Shown piece after piece: positions 38,976-51,774 of a stretch of DNA of 64,000 nucleotides. The stretch spans positions 29,326,001-29,390,000 of the forward strand of contig NC_043017.1 in the NCBI RefSeq assembly GCF_006345805.1, given 5' to 3'. The stretch's first letter is position 1; every line of letters starts with the position of its first letter. The notes below the pieces were generated by a model, which had not been told where the DNA came from, did not search any database, and worked only from the letters and a program-made list of their open reading frames with translations. The translations under genes were made by a program, and so were the position numbers. The DNA comes from Octopus sinensis. Its lineage: Eukaryota.

Positions 38976-40197
38976 TCATTAAATCATTATTATTATTAAT
39001 AGCAACAGCAACATTGCAAAGTGTGTTCAATTTCATGGCTGAGATATTTAATACGTCCTCTGGATTACCTATACTAGTGAACCCTTTGATATCTTGAGCG
39101 CAAACCTTTAAATGAATCCACCAGTAAACAATTGTCTTAAGCTCATAACCTGTAAAGCCTTCGCTAGCAAAAATTTAAGTGTCTTTAGCGCCCTCTACCT
39201 CGTTACAAGCATTCCGATAGATTACAGCTCAGAGGATAAGAAATTATTTTCATCTATCCTTTTTTTCTTTTTTCACCCATTTCGAAGTCTCTGTAAAATG
39301 TCATACATACTGACTTTATCCAACTAAACCTTTTTAAAACGAATAAACAGATTAAGGATAATCTACTAAAAACTGAGTTTACATAGAGGGCTGATTATTC
39401 GTTCGATACATTTCACTTCCCTTATAATTTGTGAAGGATAAAATCAGTGACAGTCACGAGGGGACTGATCGATTCCGCTATGTTGAATTGCCTTTGAACC
39501 ATTGTTTGAAAATGAAGAATTCGCTTGTAACCTAGCGACCGTTTTAAGGTTATTTAGATTTTGTGAGTTTCATATATTCGCAGAGACACAGTAAGAAAGA
39601 CATAGTGCGGCGATGCACTGTGTCCGCTCGATAAATTCTAAACCGGCGCTAAATAATAACGATGGCAAGCACTTTTGAATTTTATTACGCTATTTTTGCA
39701 TCACCATCATCATCATCATCATGAGCCGCCCTTTTTTTTTTAATCTTTTTTTCCGCCATTTTAGATTCCCATCTCTACGCCCGATCTTCCCACTCCCATC
39801 ACATTCTCTACTGTCTAGTGCCCTAGTTTCCTCTATTTTTTATCTTTGTTTGATCGTTTTATGGTCTTTTGTGTTCTCCGATTGTATCTTGTTTAACTTT
39901 TTTATTATATTATTATTATTATTATTATCATCATTATTATATTATGTCTTTCTTGTACCATCACATGATCAGATAATCATTGATAGATATAGAGAGATAG
40001 ATAGATAGATAGATAGATATCTATTCCGCTTTACTAATGAGGTAAAAATATATGTTTGCACAGTTTCATTATCTACGTCAATTTGGTGCGTTGGTGGTAC
40101 TGATGCTCTCGCTGTTTAGCTCCTGCTGAACGTATGACATCAACACATACATACATACATACATACATGTATATGCATGTGTGTGTGTGTGTGGTGC

Positions 40198-40229
<32 letters not shown>

Positions 40230-40297
40230 AATGAAATGGTGGTGAGTAAAATTTCGTTGATAGGATTATGAGCTTATCCCCTATTTTGATTATAGAA

Positions 40298-40338
<41 letters not shown>

Positions 40339-40651
40339 AATAGAATTGTGAGACTTCATCGTATATTGATTATGGAAATGTGAGGGAAGTTTCTATAATC
40401 AAAATAGGGGACAAACTCATAAACCATTTCATTATATATACATACATACATACATACACTCAAAACACAGTCATATGCACATACATACACGTATTACGCT
40501 ATCTATCTCTCTATCTATCTCTCTATCCGTCTCTCTATCTATCTATCTCTCTATCTATCTCTCTATTTCTCTCTCTCCCTCCCTCTCTATCTATCTATCT
40601 ATCTATCTGTCAAGTACTCCTACCCATCTCCGTTATTTCATATATATATTC

Positions 40652-41020
40652 TTTTATTCTTTTGTTTCAGTTCCTTGACTGTGGCCATCCTGGAGCACCA
40701 CATATAGTCGAACAGATCGACCCTGGGACTTATTCTCTGTAAGCTTAGTACTTATCCTATCGGTTCCTTTTGACACAACCACTAAGTTAAGTGATGTATG
40801 TATGTGTGTGTGTGTGTGTTTGTGTGTGTGTATGTCTGCGTTTGCACCCCCACAATCGCTTGACAACCGATGTTGGCGTGTTTACATCACCATAACTTAG
40901 TGGTTGTGTCAAAAGGAAGCGATAGGATAAGTCCTAAGCTTACAGAGAATAAGTCCCAGGGTCGATCTGTTCGACTATATGTGGTGCTCCAGGATGGCCA
41001 CAGTCAAGTAACTGAAACAT
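40652..41020. mobile_element. Inverted pair of SINE-A tails
   Basis: 40652-40790 and 40870-41020 are near-perfect reverse complements sharing non-consensus bases. Confidence 0.85.
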
Positions 41021-41494
41021 ATAAAATAACGGAAATCGCTCAGTATACTTGACACATAGATAGATATGTGTTCAAAACTGCCGTTCAAACCAAAAAGGTC
41101 CAAGGCGCTTTTAGTGACAATTTTTTTTCATGTGCGACTAAAGTCACCATGAAGTATCGGACCTTGCCTACCACGTTGAAAACGTAAGTCGAGTGTAGAA
41201 ACTTGCTGTGTTGGAAACTATCAAGCCAACCAGGTAAAGTGAAATGAAACTCTTTAAATCTACGCACATCGTCACCCCCGACTAGCGGACGCCTTAGATA
41301 TACAAATGAACAGATAGTTATAAGTGTGTATGTATGTGCATATGATTGTGTGTGTATATATGTATGTATGTATAAAGAAACGATGGTGAGTAAAATTTCT
41401 TTGATAGGATTATAGCTTGTACCCTATTTTGATTATAGAAACTCCCCTCACATTTTTATAGTCAATATACGATGAAGTCTCACAATTCTATTTG

Positions 41495-41545
<51 letters not shown>

Positions 41546-41764
41546 TCATATGTTCATTTCTGTATGGTCACAACTGAAATGTTGGCGCTATAATATCTAA
41601 TGAGACAAGTTAGCTTTTATGGCTATGGTGTATGACGAGAAATTTGGTTAGAGGGTGCTCGGGGAGGCTTCCCTATATTTAAATAAAATCATACATACAC
41701 TCACTCACACACATTCATATGCACACACCTACAAACGTGTAACTCTCTCGCCCTCTCTATTAAT

Positions 41765-42070
41765 CTGTCTGTCTGTCTGTCTATCTATGTATCTATCTAT
41801 CCATCTGTCTATGTATCTATCTACCTATCCATCCATGTATCAATCTATCTATCCATCCCTCTATCTATCTAGTCATCCATCTGTCTATCTATCCATCTAT
41901 CTATCTATATATCTATCTATCCATCTATCTATATATATATATGTATATATATAACCATCCGTCTATCTATCTATCTATCTATATAACCATCCGTCTATCT
42001 ATCTATCTATCTATCTATATATATGTATATATATATATCAATCTATCCATCCATCTATCTATCTATCAAC
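41765..42070. repeat. (CTAT)/(CCAT) tract
   Basis: Direct inspection. Confidence 0.9.
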
Positions 42071-42311
42071 TCTAGCCACCTATTGTTATTGTTTAACCTA
42101 ACATTATCCTTGTTCGATCGCGTCTATGATTATAGACCAACAATATACGATCACACTCTTAATTGATTGAAGCATTTTGTCATTATAAAAACTGTTGTTT
42201 AATACTGAAAAGATTAGATGTAACTATTTTCGTAAGCTTGTCGTAAACGCCCATGCTTGTATTCAAACTTTTAAATTTACCATTTTCATACGTTCTGCAT
42301 AATATTGTGAA

Positions 42312-43030
42312 GACGCGTGGGCTAGAGTTTACGGTATTTCTCTCACGATCGTACTATCGTCAGTTCGAGTGGAGGCGCAATGGCCCAGTGGTTAGGGCAG
42401 CGGACTCGCGGTCGGAGGATCGTCTTTTCGATTCCCAGACCGGTCATTGTGAGTGTTTATTGAGCGAAAACACCTAAAGCTCCACGAGGCTCCGGCAGGG
42501 GGTGGTGGTGAACCCTGCTGTACTCTTTCACCACAACTTTCTCTCGCTCTTTCTTCCTGTTTCTCTTGTACCTGTATTTCAAAGGGCCAGTCTTGTCACA
42601 TTCTGTGTGTCACGCTGAATCTCCTCGAGAACTACGTTAAGGGTACACGTGTCTGTGGAGTGCTCAGCCACTTGCACGCTAATATCACGAGCAAGCTGTT
42701 CCGTTGATCGTATCAGCTGGGACCCTCATCGTCGCAACCGACGGAGTGCTCCTACTATCGTCAGTTCGATTTCTGGCGGTACATTTGTGCTCTTGAGCAA
42801 GACACTTTATTTCACGTTGCTACTCAGCTGGCAACGAACTTTAAAAAATTGTTGTACCTGTCACATTGAACTTTGTCCCATTCTGTATGATGCTCAGTCT
42901 CCCTGAGAACTACATGAAAAGTACACGTGTCTGTGGAGTGCTCAACCAGCTGCAAGTTAATTTTACGAGCGGTTGTTCCGTTGATCCGATTAACTGAAAT
43001 CCTTTACGTCGTAACCGACGGAATACCGGT
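42312..43030 (+). mobile_element. SINE-D host element split by the SINE-C insertion
   Basis: Head 42312-42368. Resumes at 42770 with TTGAGCAAGACACTTTATTTCACGTTGCT and the D tail. Confidence 0.75.
42369..42752 (+). mobile_element. SINE-C head/body with a D-type tail, flanked by a 17-bp TSD
   Basis: TACTATCGTCAGTTCGA at 42352-42368 and 42753-42769. Confidence 0.88.
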
Positions 43031-43411
43031 TTTTGAATAATATAAAGCTTTCCGTTCATAAGACCCAGTTTGGACTGGTTTTAAGCCAAATCGTCGGATT
43101 TGTTGAAGTGGAGGACACTCTGATGAATTGTTAGTATATCATTATAAATAATAGTGGGACCAAGTTCTCGACGCCTTTTTGGCTGGGACGGGCGAACTAT
43201 ACAATTCATAAAACCTCAATCTTCAGCTTTTGCTGAGTAGACGGCCCCACTGACAATTCTTTAAACGGGTCCTGCACTTCCTAGCACCGGACCTGGTCCG
43301 ATGTCACCCACGTCATTGAAAAATTTGGAATATATATCATGTATAATGCATGAATGCAACGGATAAAAGTGCAGTGATAGACAGGAGAAGTGAATGGTTA
43401 AAGAAGGCGTT

Positions 43412-43798
43412 GGATCTTTTCAGTTTGAACGGCAGTTTTTTCTAGCGGTGTCATATGAAATTGTCACCCATAATTATGACCCTAGAATCGATCTATTGCA
43501 TTTCAATCTATTTTAGGGTTAGGGGTGGGGGAAGGGTATCTTTTTTTCTTCACAAATGTAAATAAGCCCAATCTGTTTCTTTAACGAGTGACGTATTCAT
43601 ATGGCACAGAATGATTTTTAACTCAATAAACGTCAGTGATTGGTTGAAATTGCAGAAATTGAAGAAATAAAAAAAAATTTTTTCAATAAAACCAAGAAAA
43701 AAAGATGTTTTATAAACACATTCTTCCATTATACGAAGTTTAAAATTTTTTAGTTACCTAGAAATTGTTCAAAACTGCCGTTCAAACCGAAAAGATCC
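43412..43798. mobile_element. MITE with 28-bp TIRs and an 8-bp TSD (Merlin- or hAT-like)
   Basis: TIR GGATCTTTTC(A/G)GTTTGAACGGCAGTTTT. TSD AAGGCGTT at 43404-43411 and 43799-43806. Confidence 0.88.
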
Positions 43799-44331
43799 AA
43801 GGCGTTTTTAGTGCCAATTTTTTTTCATGTGCGACTAAAGTCACCATGAAGTATCGGACCTTGCCTACCACGTTGAAAACGTAAGTCGAGTGTAGAAACT
43901 TGCTGTGTTGGAAACTATCAAGCCAACCAGGTAAAGTGAAATGAAACTCTTTAATCTACGCACATCGTCACCCCCGACTAGCGGACGCCTTAGATATACA
44001 AATAAACAGATGTGACGCTTTTGACCGAATACTCGCCCTCTTGCGATAAACTTGGATATCAACAACGACAACAACAAAACCACAGTATAAATGGAAGCCA
44101 TTGTTTTGAAGTAACCACATATTGTGCAGAGTTGGTAAATAAACCTTACGAAAGAAAAGACTTATCACATACAACAGAATTATTCTGAGCTCGATAAATG
44201 TTTGCCAATGAACGTATAGAAGTGAGATTTGAGGTAATTTCTCTATTTCTTTTTCATTCTAGCTCCCTCGCGCTTTCTTTCTGAATACATATATATCTAT
44301 ATAAATATGTATGTGTGTATGTGTACATACT

Positions 44332-44369
<38 letters not shown>

Positions 44370-44372
<3 letters not shown>

Positions 44373-44398
44373 TAATCTACACCATGTATGTGGTGTAT

Positions 44399-44433
<35 letters not shown>

Positions 44434-45147
44434 CTTTAATCCACACCATGTATGTGGTATACCACACACACACACACACACACACATTTATATATATATA
44501 CTTTAATCTACACCATGTATGTGGTGTATACACACACACACATATATATATACTTTAATCTACACCATGTATGTGGTGTATACACACACATACACATATA
44601 TATATATACTTTAATCTACACCATGTATGTGGTGTATACACACACACATATATACTTTAATCTACACCATGTATGTGGTGTATATACACACACACACACA
44701 TATATATATACTTTAATCTACACCATGTATGTGGTGTATACACACACACACATATATATATACTTTAATCTACACCATGTATGTGGTGTATGCACACACA
44801 CACATATATATATACTTTAATCTACACCATGTATGTGGTGTACACACACAAACACATATATATATACTTTAATCTACACCATGTATGTGGTGTACACACA
44901 CAAACACATATATATATACTTTAATCTACACCATGTATGCGGTATACACACACACACACATATATATATACTTTAATCTACACCATGTATGTGGTGTACA
45001 CACACACACACATATATATATACTTTAATCTACACCATGTATGTGGTGTACACACACACACATATATATATACTTTAATCTACACCATGTATGTGGTATA
45101 CACACACACACATATATATACTTTAATCTACACCATGTATGTGGTAT

Positions 45148-45178
<31 letters not shown>

Positions 45179-45325
45179 CTTTAATCTACACCATGTATGT
45201 GGTATACACACACACACATATATATATATACTTTAATCTACACCATGTATGTGGTGTATACACACACACACATATATATACATACTTTAATCTACACCAT
45301 GTATGTGGTATACACACACACACAC

Positions 45326-45361
<36 letters not shown>

Positions 45362-45390
45362 TTTAATCTACACCATGTATGTGATGTATA
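44370..45390. repeat. Compound minisatellite: 19 hairpin cores with variable (CA)n(TA)n spacers
   Basis: Core TACTTTAATCTACACCATGTATGTGGTGTA; period about 50-70 bp. Confidence 0.95.
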
Positions 45391-45454
45391 TATATATATA
45401 TATACATGTATATAAATATATATATATATACACATATATCACACACAAACACAG

Positions 45455-45505
<51 letters not shown>

Positions 45506-46109
45506 GTGTGTGTGTGTGTGTGTGTGTATGAAAGCATGTGTGCGTTATTTATATAAATACTGATGGTTTCTCTATATCGTATGTAATTGTTAGTAATTGT
45601 AAGCTTATGTTTGTGCGTTCGTTTTTCAACGTTTGATTCCTCGTTGTAAGATGAATGACACAAGTTTGCAAAATTGCTGATACATAAATTAGAAACCGTT
45701 CGCTAAATCTCAATATCATGAATCGGCAATATATCAGAAAAAGGGACAAAAGTAGGAGTAAATAAAACCAAAACCAAACCCCCCCCCCCCAAAAAAAAAG
45801 TGTGGGAAATGAAAAAAAAAGATGAAAAAAGGCCAAAACAATAAACTTTGTGAATACTGCAGTCAATACATTTCATCGTTTGTTAACATCTTGTTTGAAA
45901 GCGATAGGAGAAAAAGAAATAAGAAATGCAGCAGAGAGAAAGTGCAAAAGAAAATAGAAAGACAGAAAGAGGTGGTGGTGGCGGTGGTAGTGGGCTGAGT
46001 AGCCAACAGTGAAAGTTCTGTTGGCCTAGAAACGAGGTCCCTCATAAAATATTTACTCGCATATGAAAAGCATAAGACATCTCTTGGAAAATAAGTATGA
46101 AATGAAGGT

Positions 46110-46199
46110 GATATATATATATATGTATGTGTGTATATATGTATGTGTGTGTATGTATGTGTGTATATATATGTATGTGTGTGTGTGTATGTATGTGTG

Positions 46200-46230
<31 letters not shown>

Positions 46231-46490
46231 GTGTGTATATATGTATGTGTGTGTGTATATATATATATATGTGTGTATGTGTGTGTATATATATGTGTGT
46301 GTGTATATGTATGTGTATGTATGTGTGTGTATTTATATATGTATATGTGTATATATATGTATGTGTGTGTGTGTATTTATATATATGTATATGTGTATAT
46401 ATATGTATGTGTGTATATATATATATGTGTGTGTGTACGTACATATGTGTATATATATGTATGTGCGTGTGTGTGTGTACATATATGTAT
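46110..46490. repeat. (TG)/(TA) compound microsatellite
   Basis: Direct inspection. Confidence 0.9.
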
Positions 46491-47051
46491 ATAATTGAAT
46501 ATGAAATTATTTCTGCAAGACGGAAAATAGCTAACTTACGTTATGTTTGAACTATTCATAAATTAATAATGAGCAGCGGCGCTTCGTCAACCAATCTAAA
46601 TTGCCCCAAACAAGGTACTTTCAAAGGTATCTAGTAGATATGATATCTGATACATTATATATTTATTATTATCTTATAAGATAAAAAAAAGAAGAAAAAA
46701 AACAATTTTAAATGAAATACTTGTTTACTTTCTTTTTCGATGTTGCAGAAAATGGAAAGTGATCGAGACTACTATACACACGTAAACACACACACATTCT
46801 GTCTCTGTCTTCGTCTCTGTCTGTCTGTCACACAAAATAGACGCATACACAATACACACACAGGTGTGTGTGTATTATATATATATATTATAATATATAT
46901 ATATATATATATCTATATATCTATATCTATATAATATATATATATATATATATCTATATATGTATATACACACACACAAAGAAACAACAAGAACGTCAAG
47001 TTTTCAGAAAGGTGTTATTAGTCTGACCCTTGAAAATGAAAGGAGAGAAGG

Positions 47052-47087
47052 TTCTTGACGTTTCGGACTCAGTGCTGCATCAGAAAA
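47052..47087 (-). ncRNA. Minimal hammerhead-like motif (related to family 2) in repeat about 46985-47330
   Basis: TTTT-CTGATGC-A-GCAC(TGA)GTCC-GAAACGT-C-AAGAA, with a GUC triplet. Confidence 0.55.
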
Positions 47088-47451
47088 GGGGTAAAGAAAA
47101 AAATATATTGGAAAGGTGGGATGAGAGGGAAGAAGGATTCGGAGCCAGGTGTGAATATGCTATAGGTGAGAAGGAAACGTGGAGGAGGAAGAAAAGAAGG
47201 AAATAACAGTGAAGTAAACGATATAGTATGCGGGGAAATATAAATAATAAATAAAAACAGGTAGAAGGTATGAAGTCGAGTAAAAGTTGCAAAAATTATA
47301 AAGTGGGAAAGGTATAATAGAAGATAAGGAATTTGTAATCGAGCAAGCGTTTGTCAAAACAAACTCGGATAGAATTATGCAGCAAAGAAATTGAAAGAGT
47401 TATTTGAAAAAGGAGGGAGCATTGTAAAAAGACGAACGATATTTTTAAACT

Positions 47452-47645
47452 TTTATCTTTTACTTATTTGGGTTTTTTTTACTGTGGCCATGCTGGCTGG
47501 GGCATCACCTTGGAGAATTTTAGACAAACTTCTTTTTTGTTTCTTAATTTTTTTCTTGTAAAACAGGATACTTGTTTTATCGGTTTTTTTCCCGAAATGC
47601 TAAGTTACGGGAACGTAAACACACCATCACCGGTTGTTAAGCGGT
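47452..47645 (-). mobile_element. Degenerate SINE-A tail
   Basis: GTGGCCATGCTGG...GCTAAGTTACGGGAACGTAAACAC. Confidence 0.65.
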
Positions 47646-47892
47646 AATGCGTGGCAACCAATTGCACAATCACACATACACACACACATGTAGATGAAAT
47701 TTATTGAAAAACAAAAGACGATGGCAGGTGTATGAACAAGCAAGTGTTTTCGTTTGAGGCTCGGGAAAAATAAAAATTCTTATATATATAAATCCCTTTC
47801 GGGCTTATTTCGCTCTTCTGGATCCCCATAGGTATTCGATGTTTAAAAAAAAATGTATTGTGCTTTTATAATTAAACATTATTAGTAGTTGT

Positions 47893-48085
47893 GAAAGCGG
47901 GAGCTGACAGAATCATTAGTACGCTGCTCTGTCTTTTCGTCTAGAGTTTGAAAAACCGCTGCTGCCGACTTTGCTTTTCATCCATTCGGGAATCGATAAA
48001 ATAAGCACTAGTTGAGCACGGGTTGATGTAATCAACTTATCCCCTCTCTCGAAATTACTGGCCTTGTGCCAAAATTTGAAACCAA
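47893..48085 (+). mobile_element. SINE-B copy
   Basis: GACTTTGCTTTTCATCCATTCGGGAATCGATAAA...GGCCTTGTGCCAAAATTTGAAACC. Confidence 0.75.
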
Positions 48086-48265
48086 TATCATTATGACAAA
48101 AAGGTTTAAAATATTTTGTCTGTTGTAGATGTATAACAAATTTATGGCACACGAACTTTAATAACAAAATCTTACATGGACTCCTAAGGGTCATATGAAC
48201 CCTGGCTGAGAACCACTGTTTGAGCTCCTAGAAGTAGCAACCAAATACCCAGGAGTTACACTTCG

Positions 48266-48299
<34 letters not shown>

Positions 48300-49189
48300 C
48301 AAATAAGAAAATGGAGGAACAAATTCATTTCGATTATCAACTTACAGATATTACAATTTCATATTATTTATTAATTATATAAATATAGGAACATGAAAAA
48401 CGAACAAAACAATATACATCAATATGCAAATTAATTTCACCAGCAGTATATTGGATATCTGATATCCCATAGTGAGTTACCCTTATAACCCCAATCTTAC
48501 TTTGTACTATATATATATATTACATGGATAGAGTGTGATATATCGGATACTAATAGATCTAGATACACAAAGCTCAAGGGAAGAGAAATAGAGGGGAAGA
48601 TGTTAATCAAAGTTATCACTCACGTCAACGCTGAACTTTATCGTTACCAACAGCAACGTTGAATTACTGAACTTTTAAATATATTTACAATGTTTTCAAA
48701 ATAATATTTAGTTATTTTCCTCAATTGCGAATACGAGCGCAATTTTTATTTAAAAAAAAAATATTAAGTAGACTAGTTTATTGAAGGTGTAGGTGTGTTG
48801 TCAGTTTACTGTAGGTAATTCCTTTTGTTTGTCGCATTTATGCATTGGAAGCGTATCTGAATAGAGATTTCAACGGTAAAAGAAAACTGGAGACCTGCCC
48901 AAATGCGATAGAAGTGTTTCTAACAAAACTTGCGGTTGAAGCTATGTTTTGACAATAATGAAACGTAATACATCGAATGATATATTGTATATACATATAA
49001 GCACGGTCGCGCGCACAGACATACACACATGAACATACACACACTCATACACGCACGTTCATATATATCAGCACACACACATACACACATACATATATAT
49101 ATGTACGACCACACACACTCACACACGAGCCCGTGCACACATGTAAGGCAAGAAAGAACGTCGACATGCTGATAGACAGACAGGCAGTC

Positions 49190-50265
49190 TGACAGATAGA
49201 TGGATAGATAGATACATGGATGGATGAATAGATAGATAGATGCATACATACATACATGCAGCATGCATGCATGGATAGATAGATAACTTTCTTTATTGGC
49301 CACACAGGGCTGAAATACAGAAGGGACAAATACAAATGTAGAGCTTTTCTTTTCGAAGATGGATAGATAGATAATTGGATAGATAGATAATTAGATGGAT
49401 AGATAGATATAGATACATAGATGGATGGATAGATAATTAGATGGATGGATGGACAGATAACTAGATAGAGATGGATGGATGGATGGATAGATAATTAGAT
49501 AGATAGATGGATAGAGAGATGGATATACACAGATGGATGGATAGATAACTAGATAGAGATGGATGGATGGATAGATATATAGATACAGATGGATGGATAG
49601 ATAACTAGATAGATAGATGGATGGATGGATAGATAACTAGATAGATAGATGGATGGATGGATAGATAATTAGATAGATAGATGGATAGAGAGATAGATAT
49701 AGATACAGATGGATGGATAGATAACTAGATAGAGATGGATGGATGGATAGATAATTAGATAGATAGATGGATAGAGATATAGATACAGATGGATGGATAG
49801 ATAATTAGATAGATAGATGGATAGAGAGATAGATATAGATACAGATGGATGGATAGATAACTAGATAGAGATGGATGGATGGATAGATAATTAGATAGAT
49901 AGATGGATAGAGAGATAGATATAGATACAGATGGATGGATAGATAACTAGATAGAGATGGATGGATGGATAGATAATTAGATAGATAGATGGATAGAGAT
50001 ATAGATACAGATGGATGGATAGATAATTAGATAGATAGATGGATAGAGAGATAGATATACACAGATGGATGGATAGATAACTAGATAGAGATGGATGGAT
50101 GGATAGATAATTAGATAGATAGATGGATAGGGAGATAGATATACACAGATGGATGGATAGATAACTAGATAGATAGATGGATAGAGATAGATAGATACAT
50201 ACGTACATGTATGTATGGATAGATAGATAATCAGATAGATGGATGGATGGATAGATAGATAGATG
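49190..50265. repeat. (GATA)/(GGAT) compound satellite with recurring units of about 30-45 bp
   Basis: GGATAGATAA(C/T)TAGATAG... recurs throughout. Confidence 0.92.
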
Positions 50266-51061
50266 CAAAGAATTAATAGAAACACAACACTACACTTAAC
50301 ATGAGTGGGAGAAATAGTGCGAATATTTTATGCATTGCATGTTCTATTGTAAATGGCATATCTGAAAGAAAAAAAAAACTCTGCCGTTCTCTCATAAGAA
50401 AATATTTTTGTGAATTCTTTCTCATCATTTTCCACACTGTTTCCCTTATCTTTTCATCTGTTTCTGACAAAACCGAGAACATGAAAGCAGCTATATAGTT
50501 ACTTACGAGTTGCCTTAATTCATTCATGGCTCTCACACTCTATCTATCTATCTATCTATCTATATATGTATATATATCTTTATTTCATGTGAGCGCTTGT
50601 ATGATTCTGTATGCTTATCCATGGTTTACATATCTGCATATGCATGAATTTGTGTATGTATGTGTGCGTCGTTGTATGTGCGTGCGTGCGTGTGTGTGTG
50701 TGTGTGTGTGTGTTAGTGTGCATTAATCTATAATACTTCAGTAAAATATTTAAAATAAACCATTTCGCTTGGAAAAGATCGATGCAGCTGATTTCACATA
50801 TTTAGATATATCTGATCACGGTATGTGGGTGTGTGCGCACACGTATGCATTTATACTTGAATATATATACGTTTATATACACACACACACACACACGCAT
50901 CCACCCACATATATATATATATATATATATATACACACGCACATATGTATTTATGAATATTTTTATGCATATATACATAAATATATATATTATATATATA
51001 TATATTATATATATACACACGCACATATGTATTTATGAATATTTTATGCATATATACATAA

Positions 51062-51093
<32 letters not shown>

Positions 51094-51774
51094 ATATATA
51101 TGAATGCGTATGAGCACATGTATATATGTTTATGTATATGTTTGTCTATGGGTACTGTGGTTGTTTCGTTGTATCATGTTTGGTCTACATGTCTTGGTTT
51201 TTTTGCGTGTGTATATATATGGATATATGTCAGCGAATATCTGTATTTCTACATGGGTTTTTATGTGCTTCTGTGTACGTGTCTGCGAGTGTGGTTGTCT
51301 GTGTGTGAGTGAGATTGATAATTGGTGAGCATATTTCAAATTTGAGTTGATGAACACGTGCCTCAAATACACGCGTCACATAGCTGTAGAATTCTGTTTC
51401 ACCATTCCAGCAAATATTACAATAGCAGTTTTCCATATCCTTCGGGAATTCACAGCAAACAAACAATTGGTTAACATACATTAATTGAAATTTCCCGTTT
51501 GTCTCCCTTATCTTTTTTCACCAGAATAATCACTGAGCTAATTATCATATCTCTTCACAATAATCTTCATTAATTAAATTTCTTCACTCACAACATTCAG
51601 TGTATTAGTGCAGAACATGAAAATTGGTTTCCAACCAGATGGTGTCTAAAGATAATATCCTAAGTATTTGTTTCTGTGTATCATCACACCACTCAAAGTT
51701 TCTTCAGAAAAATAATCTATACATATCTTAAATCATCTTTACGTGGCAGAAGTGAAAGCGTCTGTACTTCGCAG

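Noticed and set aside
39130-39200. LKFLLAKALQ as the upstream iGluR exon
   Set aside because: In-frame stop just upstream, no pyrimidine tract, and it does not end in the expected ...ITSL before exon A.
43865-44101. ORF MASIYTVVLLLSLLISKF... as a signal-peptide first exon
   Set aside because: Only weak donor sites, part of it lies in a duplicated segment, and the ~240 aa of ATD that must lie between it and exon A was not found in 34.6-44 kb.
44370-45390. CRISPR array
   Set aside because: The spacers are microsatellites, there are no cas genes, and the context is a eukaryotic intron.
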